The translations under genes and the position numbers were made by a program. From NCBI GenBank assembly GCA_947449255.1, contig CANFQX010000012.1:30668-94667 (forward strand): a stretch of DNA of 64,000 nt, read 5' to 3'. The DNA is from Pseudobdellovibrionaceae bacterium. Lineage in GTDB: Bacteria > Bdellovibrionota > Bdellovibrionia > Bdellovibrionales > Bdellovibrionaceae. The notes under the pieces were generated by a model. The model had not been told where the DNA came from. It searched no databases and was given only the letters and a program-made list of their open reading frames with translations. Below are positions 46,504 to 55,621 of the stretch, one piece after another. Numbering within the stretch: position 1 is the first letter of the stretch; each line of letters begins with the position of its first letter.

Positions 46504-48381
46504 CTAATGCTTAGTCGCATCCGCCGCCTGAACCATCAACTCTGCAATTTGCTGAGAGAACTTTACTGGATCAGGAATATTGCTGCCTTCATTTAGAAGA
46601 GCTTGAGCAAAAAGAATTTCAGTCCATTTTGATTGCTGCTCTGGAGTCGCCTTTAGCATCTTTTCAAAAAGAGGATGCTTAGGATTGATTTCTAAAATTC
46701 GTTTTGCAGTCAGAGTCTGTTCACCACGGCCCATTTGCGAAAGTAATTTTTGCATATGTGCAGAAGGATCCTGTGTCGAAGCAACAAGGCACACGGGAGT
46801 GCTGGTCAATCGCTCAGACAGAACGACATCTTTCACTTCATTGGCCAGTGTTTTTTTCATGCTGTCTAAGACGGGGCGCAAATTAGATTCAGCTTCTTTA
46901 AGTTCTGCTTCTTTTTGCTTTTTTTCTTCTTCAGTGTCGAGCTCTAAGCCTTCTCGCATGATGGAGATCACTTTTTTCTCTTTGTATTCTTTGATGGAAT
47001 CCACAACCCATTCGTCGACGGGGTCGACAAGAAGAAGAACTTCATACCCTTTTTCTTTGAGCTTTTCTAAGTAAGGGCTGTTTGACACTTGATTCAAGCT
47101 GTCGCCAGTCACATAAAAGATGTCTTTTTGAGTTTCCTTCATGCGCAAAACATATTCTTCCAAGGTTGTCATTTTGTCTGAGTGTGAAGAATGGAAAAGG
47201 CAAAGCTCTTGAAGTTTTTCTTTGTTGGCGTGATCGCTGGGAATACCCTCTTTAAGTGTGGCCCCAAATTCAGTCCAGAAGTTTTCATAAGAGGAGCGCT
47301 CTTTGGCTAAAAGATCCTTTAAGCTGCCCAATAATTTATTCGTTACATTCTTGCGGATTTGAGTCACTTGTCGATCTTGTTGCAGCAATTCGCGTGAAAC
47401 ATTTAAAGACAAGTCGCTGCTGTCGACCAGGCCCTTTACAAAGCGTAAATAAGAAGGAATCAGATCCTTACAATCAGCCATGATAAAGACGCGTTTGATA
47501 AATAAGCTTAAACCAAAAGCAGAATCTTGTGTGTTGTAGTTCCATGGCTTTTTGCTTGGAATATACATCAAAGAATTAAACTCCATGGTGCCTTCGGCTT
47601 TGAAGTGCACAGTTTTAAGGGGTTCATTCCAGTCGTGGGACAAATGTTGATAGAATTCTTTGTATTCCTCTTTGGTGACTTCAGAAGGGGATTTCAGCCA
47701 CAGAGCTTTTTGAGAATTTAAAGTCTCATCCTCTGTCTCGCCTTTCATTTTAATTGGGTGGGCAATGAAGTCAGAGTATTTTTTGATCAAAGATTTTAAA
47801 ACCCAAGTTTCAGTGAAGTCTTGAACTTCTTCTTCACTTGCGAATTCTTTCATATGCAGAGTGATCGTTGTGCCCGTGCCTTCTGGGCGTGGAACGCTAT
47901 CGATAGAATAAGTGCCATCACCGATGGATTCCCAAACAACACCCTCATTGCTGCCAGCTTTTTGTGTGTGCAAAGTCACTTTGTCCGCAACCATGAAAGC
48001 TGAATAGAAACCCACGCCAAACTGTCCAATCAGTTCCGGTTTGCTTTTCATTTCTTCGTTCATTTGCATAAAAGCTTTGGCGCCAGAGCGGGCGATAGTG
48101 CCGATAAATTGAACAACTTCGTCCTGGTTCATCCCAATCCCGTTGTCGATGATTTTCAGGGTGTGAGCTTCTTTGTTGGGCTCAAGTCGAACATGAGGCT
48201 CCCAGCCCGCAGGCAAAAGGCTTGGGTTGGTCAGGGACTCAAATCTTAATTTATCGATGGCATCCGAAGCATTGGAGACGAGCTCTCTTAAGAAAATCTC
48301 TTTTTGTGAATACAAAGAGTGAATAACGATATCAAGAAGCTGTTTAATTTCTGCATTAAAGCTTTGCACCTGTTTGGCCAT
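46504..48381 (-). CDS. htpG: Molecular chaperone HtpG (Hsp90)
   Basis: FLRELVSNASDA, DNGIGM, IGQFGVGFYSAF, LSLNVSRELLQ, LEINPKHP. Confidence 0.97.
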   Translation of the reverse strand: MAKQVQSFNAEIKQLLDIVIHSLYSQKEIFLRELVSNASDAIDKLRFESLTNPSLLPAGWEPHVRLEPNKEAHTLKIIDNGIGMNQDEVVQFIGTIARSGAKAFMQMNEEMKSKPELIGQFGVGFYSAFMVADKVTLHTQKAGSNEGVVWESIGDGTYSIDSVPRPEGTGTTITLHMKEFASEEEVQDFTETWVLKSLIKKYSDFIAHPIKMKGETEDETLNSQKALWLKSPSEVTKEEYKEFYQHLSHDWNEPLKTVHFKAEGTMEFNSLMYIPSKKPWNYNTQDSAFGLSLFIKRVFIMADCKDLIPSYLRFVKGLVDSSDLSLNVSRELLQQDRQVTQIRKNVTNKLLGSLKDLLAKERSSYENFWTEFGATLKEGIPSDHANKEKLQELCLFHSSHSDKMTTLEEYVLRMKETQKDIFYVTGDSLNQVSNSPYLEKLKEKGYEVLLLVDPVDEWVVDSIKEYKEKKVISIMREGLELDTEEEKKQKEAELKEAESNLRPVLDSMKKTLANEVKDVVLSERLTSTPVCLVASTQDPSAHMQKLLSQMGRGEQTLTAKRILEINPKHPLFEKMLKATPEQQSKWTEILFAQALLNEGSNIPDPVKFSQQIAELMVQAADATKH

Positions 48382-48487
48382 TGAAAACCTCCGTAATTGT
48401 ATATTTATGAATCAAGCATGGTCATGATTCAGTGTTTTGGCAAGATGACCTAAAAAAAATCTCGCCAAGAGTTTATTTTTTTAAAAC

Positions 48488-49567
48488 TTAGTAATGAAAA
48501 TTCATTCGATCTGAAATGGACTTTGGCAGAGTCGGAATTTGCGATCGCGGGATAAAGAAAGTCGTCAAATTGAAGAAATCATTAAATATTTTATGCTTAG
48601 AAGTCGCATCAGCTAAATATTTATGTCCACTGGATCCACCGGTGCCAATTTTTTGCCCCAGCATGCGATGAGCCATCAAAGCATGACGGTAGCGCCACAT
48701 GGTCATAGTCTCATCAATATCTAGCAAGGCCCGAATGATTCTAAAGGGAATCTGGAACACAGGCTGATCGCGGTAAAGTTGAATCAACAACGCCGCATGC
48801 AGGGCTTTGTAGCTGAGTCTAAAGTTGCCCGCTTGGCGAATTTCATTGAAGGCCTGTTCATCAAACAAGGCATCAAAGGTTTTCAGGGAATCTTGTAGGG
48901 ATTTGATGTTTTTTTCTTTATCTTCAGGGGGCAAGCGATCATTGTTTTTTACAGTTTCGATATCGGCTTGGAACATATCGTTGACGGCTTTTTGATAGGA
49001 TTCCCAAAAGTTAAAATCATCGGCTTGCAGAAAAGGTGTGCGTTCAAGCCACTTTTCAAGGGCATCAAAAAGTGAAGGCTCTTCAAGAACTTTCAGCATC
49101 TCAGCTTGTTGAGATTCAGCCAAGGATTTATAAAATGGAGATTGATTGTAAGAAAGACGGTCTCCCATTCTGAGGCCCAATTTGGTTTCAATCAGGCGCC
49201 ATTGAAAGCTCTGAAATCCTGAGGCTGGGTAAAGCATGTCTCGGAAATCTAAAAAATCAAGAGGTGTCATCGTTTCTAGGACATCAATTTGGCCCAAGAC
49301 CATTTTTAAAATACTGACAATCCGCTCTAAGCGAGCACTGGCGCGACCCATTTCGTTTTCCTCAACCTGAGGCTGATGAAAGGTGCTGAGAACAGAATTC
49401 AATTCAAAAAGGATTTGCTTAAACCACAATTCGTAAGTTTGATGAGTGATAATGAAGAGCAGCTCATCGTGGGCTGGTTTCTTGTACTCATCACTTTTTG
49501 GGTGTTGCGCATTGATGATTTTTTCAATTTCAAGGTAATCTGAGTAGTGAACGGAAGGGTATTTCAT
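48488..49567 (-). CDS. kynA: Tryptophan 2,3-dioxygenase
   Basis: HYSDYL, HDELLFIITHQTYELWFKQ, MTPLDFLDFR..LYPASGFQSFQ, MLGQKIGTGGSSG; start at ATG 49567, overlapping the ltaE stop. Confidence 0.95.
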   Translation of the reverse strand: MKYPSVHYSDYLEIEKIINAQHPKSDEYKKPAHDELLFIITHQTYELWFKQILFELNSVLSTFHQPQVEENEMGRASARLERIVSILKMVLGQIDVLETMTPLDFLDFRDMLYPASGFQSFQWRLIETKLGLRMGDRLSYNQSPFYKSLAESQQAEMLKVLEEPSLFDALEKWLERTPFLQADDFNFWESYQKAVNDMFQADIETVKNNDRLPPEDKEKNIKSLQDSLKTFDALFDEQAFNEIRQAGNFRLSYKALHAALLIQLYRDQPVFQIPFRIIRALLDIDETMTMWRYRHALMAHRMLGQKIGTGGSSGHKYLADATSKHKIFNDFFNLTTFFIPRSQIPTLPKSISDRMNFHY

Positions 49568-50589
49568 CGTGAAAGCTCCTTTAAGGCTAGTGCGAAGCCG
49601 TGAATATCCTCGGGCTTTGTATCCCAAGAGGTCATCCAGCGGCATTCAAATGTATTTTCATCCCAAACATAAAAAAAGTATTTTTCTCTGAGAGGCTTAA
49701 CCCAGCCCGGGGGTATTTTGGCAAAGACGGCATTGCTCTGCGGTCTTTCGCGCAAAATGATTTGTGGAATGTTTTGGACAGCTTCGAAGAGTTCGAGCGC
49801 TCGAGTGTGGGAGTTTTCGGCAATTTCCCACCACAGATTGTTTTCAAAATAGGCCAGAAACTGACAGGCTAGAAAACGTGATTTTGAAGGCAACTGGCAG
49901 CTTTGCTTGCGAATATATTTAAAATCATGGGCTAGGGCTTTATTTAAAAAAATCACAGCTTCGCCCATCATCAAGCCATTTTTAGTGCCGCCAAAGGAAA
50001 CCACATCAACCCCCAGGTCTGTTGTGAATTCCTGGAAGGATTTTTTTAAAAAATAAGCGGCATTGGCCAGTCTTGCGCCATCGATATGAACATAAAGATT
50101 TTTAGACTTTGCCCACTCAATGAGCTCTTTGAGTTCTTTGATTGAATAGGTCGTGCCAAGTTCAGTGGGTTGGGTAAGGCTTAAGACTTTAACTTGGGAG
50201 GAATGTTGGTCCCCTCGGCGAACAAAAGCTTTCTCAAGCTGATCCACAGAGATTTTGCCATTGATGGAAGGGATAGGCAGCAATTTGCAGCCAGCCATCT
50301 GCTCTGGAGCTCCGCACTCATCGGCATTTAGATGGGCCACATCTGAACAAAAAACAGCCTGATAGGGGCGAGTGAGAGCGCGAAGGGCTGTGACATTGGC
50401 CGCTGTGCCATTGAAGACAAAAAACACTTGGGCTTGAGCGCCAAAATTTTTTTTAAATTCTTGGATCGCTTTTTCAGTCCATTCATCAGTCCCGTAGGAA
50501 GGCGCGTGGTGAGCATTGGCAAGAGCAAAGGATTCCAATATTTTAGGATGAGTTCCCGCATGATTGTCACTTCCAAAGCCACGATTCAT
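49564..50589 (-). CDS. ltaE: Low-specificity L-threonine aldolase (PLP-dependent)
   Basis: FGSDNHAG, YGTDEWT, FNGTAAN, HIDGARLANA, SFGGTKNG; start at ATG 50589. Confidence 0.9.
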   Translation of the reverse strand: MNRGFGSDNHAGTHPKILESFALANAHHAPSYGTDEWTEKAIQEFKKNFGAQAQVFFVFNGTAANVTALRALTRPYQAVFCSDVAHLNADECGAPEQMAGCKLLPIPSINGKISVDQLEKAFVRRGDQHSSQVKVLSLTQPTELGTTYSIKELKELIEWAKSKNLYVHIDGARLANAAYFLKKSFQEFTTDLGVDVVSFGGTKNGLMMGEAVIFLNKALAHDFKYIRKQSCQLPSKSRFLACQFLAYFENNLWWEIAENSHTRALELFEAVQNIPQIILRERPQSNAVFAKIPPGWVKPLREKYFFYVWDENTFECRWMTSWDTKPEDIHGFALALKELSR

Positions 50590-50599
50590 AGCAAAACCT

Positions 50600-51613
50600 T
50601 TAACTGTGTTGACTGGGGTGTTGATGGAGGGATTTGACTTGATTTGCTGTTGAAATAAAACGGTGGGCGATGAGTGCCGCCAGTTTGCTTGTTCGTTTGT
50701 CATGATCTAAACTTGGAGAGACTTCATAGATGCCCATGCCACAAACATCAAAATGAGTTTGAAGCCAACAAAGGCTTTCCAGGAACTCTTTAGTATTGAT
50801 TCCCGTTGTCCAAGATTGACTGCAGCCCGGGGCTTCGTTGGAAGTGAAAGCGTCTATATCGAGACTTATAAAAACTTTTTTCTTTTCTCTGCCAAGCATA
50901 AAGTACTGCAGGCTTTTCAATAGGCCCACTTCGTAGATTTGATCTAGAGTGATGATTTGTGCCTGATGCAACTTGGCCCAATCCAAATGAAAACGGCTGT
51001 TGCATTGAGGTTGAATGCCCACTTCAGCAAAATCAAACTTTCCAGCAAATTCAGAAATCACTCGGTAAAAAGGAGTGCCCGAATTAAAGCCTTGATGAGA
51101 GGGGCGAACATCGAGATGTGCATCAAAATTAAGGATCACCGCATTCCGACTGTGAACATCGAGGAAACCACTGCAGTCACTGTATCCATAATCATGGCCA
51201 CCACCGAAGGACAGCCATGGCTTTTGAATCTGAGATAAGACTTTTATGATTTGCCGACCTGTTTCATGTCGCGCTGGCAAGTTTTGATCTTCGACATTGA
51301 TGTCTCCAAGATCTAAGATTTTAGGAAGAGTTTTGTCTTGCAAATGAGGCGTCATTTTATAGAGGGCTTTGCGGATTTCAACAGGGGCTGATTTGGCCCC
51401 TGTTCGACCACCATTCAAGTGGATGCCCTCATCGTCCGGGTAACCCAAGATTGCAAGATCAAAACTCAATGAATTCAGTGCATCGCGTTGAATTGCACCA
51501 GTATTTTTTAAAATTTCAGAATTAAATATTTGAATGCATTCGCCAAGTCGAGGATCTTCCTTATCACCTTTTGTGAAGAGAAGGCTCTTATCTATCGGAT
51601 GCGTAAAATTCAT
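50600..51613 (-). CDS. hutG: Formimidoylglutamase (arginase family)
   Basis: GYPDDEGIHLNGGRTGA, GGGHDYGY, NFDAHLDVR, SGTPF, SLDIDAF..APGCS. Confidence 0.88.
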   Translation of the reverse strand: MNFTHPIDKSLLFTKGDKEDPRLGECIQIFNSEILKNTGAIQRDALNSLSFDLAILGYPDDEGIHLNGGRTGAKSAPVEIRKALYKMTPHLQDKTLPKILDLGDINVEDQNLPARHETGRQIIKVLSQIQKPWLSFGGGHDYGYSDCSGFLDVHSRNAVILNFDAHLDVRPSHQGFNSGTPFYRVISEFAGKFDFAEVGIQPQCNSRFHLDWAKLHQAQIITLDQIYEVGLLKSLQYFMLGREKKKVFISLDIDAFTSNEAPGCSQSWTTGINTKEFLESLCWLQTHFDVCGMGIYEVSPSLDHDKRTSKLAALIAHRFISTANQVKSLHQHPSQHS

Positions 51614-51615
51614 GG

Positions 51616-52329
51616 CTATTCCGAACCATTTTGGTTCAAAATGATCGTCTTTTTCACTGTGCCAGCTTCGGAATCATACAGCTTCATTGTGATCGTGTTG
51701 GAATCAAAAAGCAGAGTTGTAAATGTGGTGCTGTAGTGATCGGAAAGGAACATAACCCATTCTCTTCCGACATAGGAAGTCACGGTGTATTGATAGAGGA
51801 TGGGTCTGACTAAAACATATCCAGGATTAGCCTTGGACTTGCCATTCAAAGGGGCTTTGCTTGTCCCTAGTTCCTTCATCAGTTCGTTGCTAGGATAGAA
51901 AGTCATTGAGGTGAAATCAGTCACGATAAAAATACCGTCCTTGGAAGTCCACTTTCCCAGGAATTTTTTAAGACCAACATATTCAATGTTGGCGAAATGA
52001 ACAGTGCAATTTTGATGATCATACTGTCCTGCAGCCGTGACTAAATCACCAGTGCTCATTTTTTTCAAAGTGTCCAGTGTATCCGCAGTTTGCGCCATTA
52101 TTTTATAGGCAACGCATTTTTGTGTGGTCTCTAAGAAACTATCCTGACCTGTTTTTCGAATAATTCCGGAAATAGCTTCTGTTGTGCAGGTCGTAAGTGA
52201 ATTCAGGGGGCAAGATTGAAAAGGCATAGCTAAAGCAGATTCCGTCATTGAAAACAATGACATACACACTGAAAATAAGAATGTATTGAACACTGTTGTG
52301 TTCAAATGGAATATTGCTAAAAATCTCAT
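51616..52329 (-). CDS. Exported hypothetical protein
   Basis: Open 237-249 aa frame inside the operon; signal-like N-terminus ending SALA; several Cys. Confidence 0.6.
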   Translation of the reverse strand: MRFLAIFHLNTTVFNTFLFSVCMSLFSMTESALAMPFQSCPLNSLTTCTTEAISGIIRKTGQDSFLETTQKCVAYKIMAQTADTLDTLKKMSTGDLVTAAGQYDHQNCTVHFANIEYVGLKKFLGKWTSKDGIFIVTDFTSMTFYPSNELMKELGTSKAPLNGKSKANPGYVLVRPILYQYTVTSYVGREWVMFLSDHYSTTFTTLLFDSNTITMKLYDSEAGTVKKTIILNQNGSE

Positions 52330-52373
52330 GCCACAACTTGTTTCATGGCCGTCAATCTCGGTCAATAGGATTT

Positions 52374-53093
52374 CTATTGGACCTTTTGACAGATTGAGTT
52401 AACTGCTAATTTAAATAGCATTTCTCCGTGTTTTGCGTTGCTGAGTGACGGGTTTGAGCCCATTCGGCCATCTGGAAAAGTTGCACGAAATTCATGGGGC
52501 GCCATCGGCCAATGGGGACGATTCGCGGTCGATTTGAATTCCATATGGGGTATTTGCTTGTAGGCGACAGGTGAAATGAACATTGAGACTGAAATTTCAC
52601 CACAGGTGGCGTGAAAGCCATTCTCGTCGCCAAAGACTTTCTTTTCGTACTCAATCACATCAGGCAATAACCACCAATTGAGCAAATTGATGTCATAATC
52701 TTCATAACCCTGTTTGGCTTGGCAAAAGGCAGAGGTCAGTGGCGCAATATTACCCCCGTGGCCATTAATAAATGTGAACTGCTTAAAGCCATTTTTTGCA
52801 AGGCTTTGAATGATCTCAGTGACAACTTGAATATAAGTCAGAGGACTCAAGGTGATAGTGCCGGGAAATGCCATATGGTGGACCGCCATGCCAAAACACA
52901 AGGGAGGGGCTACCAGGGTGTCCGTTTTTCTGCCCACTTCCTGTGCAATTTCCCATGAAGTCATGTAATCGATGCCCAGCAAGCCATTGGGCCCATGTTG
53001 CTCCGTGGAACCTACAGGAATAATAATGTGCGTTTTTGCTTTGAGATAATCTTCAATTTGCGTCCAAGTTTTTTCTTGCAGATTCATCGACAT
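52374..53093 (-). CDS. Creatininase-family amidohydrolase
   Basis: IIPVGSTEQHGP, HHMAFPGTI, INGHGGN, HATCGEIS. Confidence 0.92.
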   Translation of the reverse strand: MSMNLQEKTWTQIEDYLKAKTHIIIPVGSTEQHGPNGLLGIDYMTSWEIAQEVGRKTDTLVAPPLCFGMAVHHMAFPGTITLSPLTYIQVVTEIIQSLAKNGFKQFTFINGHGGNIAPLTSAFCQAKQGYEDYDINLLNWWLLPDVIEYEKKVFGDENGFHATCGEISVSMFISPVAYKQIPHMEFKSTANRPHWPMAPHEFRATFPDGRMGSNPSLSNAKHGEMLFKLAVNSICQKVQ

Positions 53094-53151
53094 AATAAAG
53101 TCCTTTTATTTGTTTGCACCTAGGGTTTTATACCACCTAAAATAACAACCA

Positions 53152-54060
53152 ATGTCTATAATTAACGAAACTCGTCAGATCATTTTTCCCTGGGATGGAG
53201 ATTTAAAAAAAATCCAAGATGCGGAAAGCATTGCACTTCGGGATTTTGATGTTGTGGGCTTGGGGGCAAGACGACGTCATCAGATTGAAAAATTACAGAA
53301 AAAAAAGCCTATTTTATTTTTGACTCATCAAGCTCAAATTCCACAGGAAGCGCAATTGAATTATCAAGAGGAGTTGTTGCGGACTTTACAGTGGCTCAGA
53401 CCTCAACAAACAAAAGAAGGCCTTCAAGTCGATTTAGCCTTAGAGCACAAAAAAACCTTTTCGCAAATTTTCCCAATGACAGAACAAATGTTAGGTGTGC
53501 ATTCAAATCGCGTGCGCGATTCATATATTGATGAAATGATTTGGAACAGTTGGATGCTGCAAGATTATTGGCGCTATTTCGTTGGGTTTATAAGACAAAG
53601 ATTTCCTCAAAATAAAAGTCTATTTGAGTTGGCACATTGGGAGTGGGCCCATGTGTGGATCGACTCCTTGGAATATGATTTGAATAAAAAATCTTTTGAA
53701 AAACCGGGTGAGATGTGGATGCAATTAAATCCGACCCTGCAAATATTAGCACTCTCATCAGATCAACCTTCAATCAACCAAGAGCAGGGCCTCTATGCGA
53801 TAGCCTACAGTCCTAGGCAAGAACGACTCGTTGAAAAAAAGTTGGATGTTTTTTGTGCGCTCTTGATTGATTTTTTGCATGAAGATCAAAACTTCACCTT
53901 CAATCAGCTCATTGAATTGGCCGGCTCAAGCACTTTGAGTAGGGATTTGGTGAAGACGGAACAAGTTTTAGAAAAAAATGATGTTCAAACAGCCTGGAGC
54001 AAAATTTTAGAGGCGATGATGAAAGATGAAATCATCACCGCCTCTCAGTTTTTTGACTAA
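53152..54060 (+). CDS. Hypothetical protein; C-terminal half resembles DUF2063 (HvfC/BufC-like) proteins
   Basis: YFVGFIRQRFPQNKSLFELAHWEWAHVWID...QLNPTLQIL pattern, recognised by eye only. Confidence 0.5.
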   Translation: MSIINETRQIIFPWDGDLKKIQDAESIALRDFDVVGLGARRRHQIEKLQKKKPILFLTHQAQIPQEAQLNYQEELLRTLQWLRPQQTKEGLQVDLALEHKKTFSQIFPMTEQMLGVHSNRVRDSYIDEMIWNSWMLQDYWRYFVGFIRQRFPQNKSLFELAHWEWAHVWIDSLEYDLNKKSFEKPGEMWMQLNPTLQILALSSDQPSINQEQGLYAIAYSPRQERLVEKKLDVFCALLIDFLHEDQNFTFNQLIELAGSSTLSRDLVKTEQVLEKNDVQTAWSKILEAMMKDEIITASQFFD

Positions 54061-54074
54061 GTTTTTTTGAAAAA

Positions 54075-55001
54075 TTAGAGACCTTTAATGATTTCACCTA
54101 ATATTTGAAGATGCTGAAGGGGATGTCGCCCCACGTGATTCAGCATCAGCGTCTTCGCCGCATCGGCCTTAGGAATGCCCTCGTAGGTCATAATTCGATC
54201 CATGGCGTTAGCAGATGAAACGATGAGTGCCAGAGGATCTATTTCTTTTTCATGCATTCCTAAGGGCCCCAAACCATTTGAGGTCTCTTCGTGCTGAGAA
54301 ATAATATTGATAACAGCTTGGTCGAAATGCTTTTTGTCGCTGACTCGATCGGCGCCAGCCTTAGGATGCTTTTTCCAGAGGTCCAAGTCTGCGGGAGTCA
54401 TTTTATCAATGGGTTGAATTAAATTGAGACTGGAACTGTGGTGTCCGAAATCATGCAGCAAAGAACCCAGTGTTAAAAGCTGAACTCTCTTTTCGTCGGT
54501 GAGACCTAGTTTTTGGGCAAGAGCTATAGCTAGGGTCGAAACAATAACCCCATGATGGGCAATATTCTTGTCGGTGTTTTCGATGTTCATGACGGCATTA
54601 ATGCCCTCGGCGTTGCTCATGATGAAGCTGACATATTTGCCGGCAGCATCTTTTGCATAGTTGTAGGAGATCGCATTTTCTGGATTTTCGAAAACCTCTT
54701 CGGCATTGCTTTGTTGAGAGCCTTGGATTATTTCGGCACGAGTGCCGATATCTTTGCCTGATTTATTATCGTAAGCCATTTCAATATTTTTTTGTAAATA
54801 AGAGAGATAGCTTTGTTCGTCCTCCATAAGGATGAACAATTTTTTTACTTTTTTCTCTTTAAAGCGTTGAAGTCGCTCACCTTCAAAGCTGTCACCTCGA
54901 CGAATGTAGAGGATGTGCTTCTCATTGAGTTTTACATAGGTATTGAAATTTATTTTTTGGTCGCCACGAAGCGTACTTACCCGAATTGAAATATAATTCA
55001 T
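54075..55001 (-). CDS. HD-GYP-like domain protein with a degenerate GYP motif
   Basis: HGVIVS, LLHDFGH, KHPKAG, QHEETSNGLGP (canonical HHExxDGxGYP). Confidence 0.8.
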   Translation of the reverse strand: MNYISIRVSTLRGDQKINFNTYVKLNEKHILYIRRGDSFEGERLQRFKEKKVKKLFILMEDEQSYLSYLQKNIEMAYDNKSGKDIGTRAEIIQGSQQSNAEEVFENPENAISYNYAKDAAGKYVSFIMSNAEGINAVMNIENTDKNIAHHGVIVSTLAIALAQKLGLTDEKRVQLLTLGSLLHDFGHHSSSLNLIQPIDKMTPADLDLWKKHPKAGADRVSDKKHFDQAVINIISQHEETSNGLGPLGMHEKEIDPLALIVSSANAMDRIMTYEGIPKADAAKTLMLNHVGRHPLQHLQILGEIIKGL

Positions 55002-55035
55002 TGCTCAAAAATCCTTGGTTTGATATTGTTTCGAT

Positions 55036-55551
55036 ATGGCAATTGATAGCGTCATTGTAGAAGATTTTTTGGCTGAGTCAAAGGACTTGATAAAAGGTCT
55101 ACTGGACCTTCTCGAAAGTATTGAAAGTGATATTACTCGAGTACAAGATCTTGCGACTTATGGTAATAACGTCGATCGCATTATGGGGGGAGCAAAAAAC
55201 TTAGCAATCATGGCTGATAGTGAGCATGCTTTACATATGATTTCCGACTATGCAGCTCTTTGTAAAGCTGTGGGATATAAAGGCTCACAGCTTAAAGACA
55301 ATGAAAAGCTGTATGATATTTGTGTGGCTCTGTTGCTCGATGCAACTGAAAATTTGGCGATTCTTTTGGATCGTATTCATGATCCAGTTGATCAATTACG
55401 CAAGGCGATTCCTAGTGCATTTATTGATCGATTGCGCTGGGTTGATAAGCAGTTTAGCGATGAATATTCTCAAAGCGTGGGCGCTGGAGATCCAGGTAAG
55501 AAGCTGGCGCAAACAGAGATCGATGATCTATTAAAGAGTTTGGGCTTCTAA
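55036..55551 (+). CDS. Hpt/CheA-P1-like protein lacking the phospho-His, with a CheZ-like C-terminal peptide
   Basis: FLAESKDL...VDRIMGGA aligns with CheA FFDEADEL...AHSIKGGA; ends QTEIDDLLKSLGF. Confidence 0.7.
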   Translation: MAIDSVIVEDFLAESKDLIKGLLDLLESIESDITRVQDLATYGNNVDRIMGGAKNLAIMADSEHALHMISDYAALCKAVGYKGSQLKDNEKLYDICVALLLDATENLAILLDRIHDPVDQLRKAIPSAFIDRLRWVDKQFSDEYSQSVGAGDPGKKLAQTEIDDLLKSLGF

Positions 55552-55621
55552 AAGAGCGAATATTTTGGTTGCAAAATCTAGCCATAGATCTAGATTTTTA
55601 GCTGAACTTAGGACTAGATTT

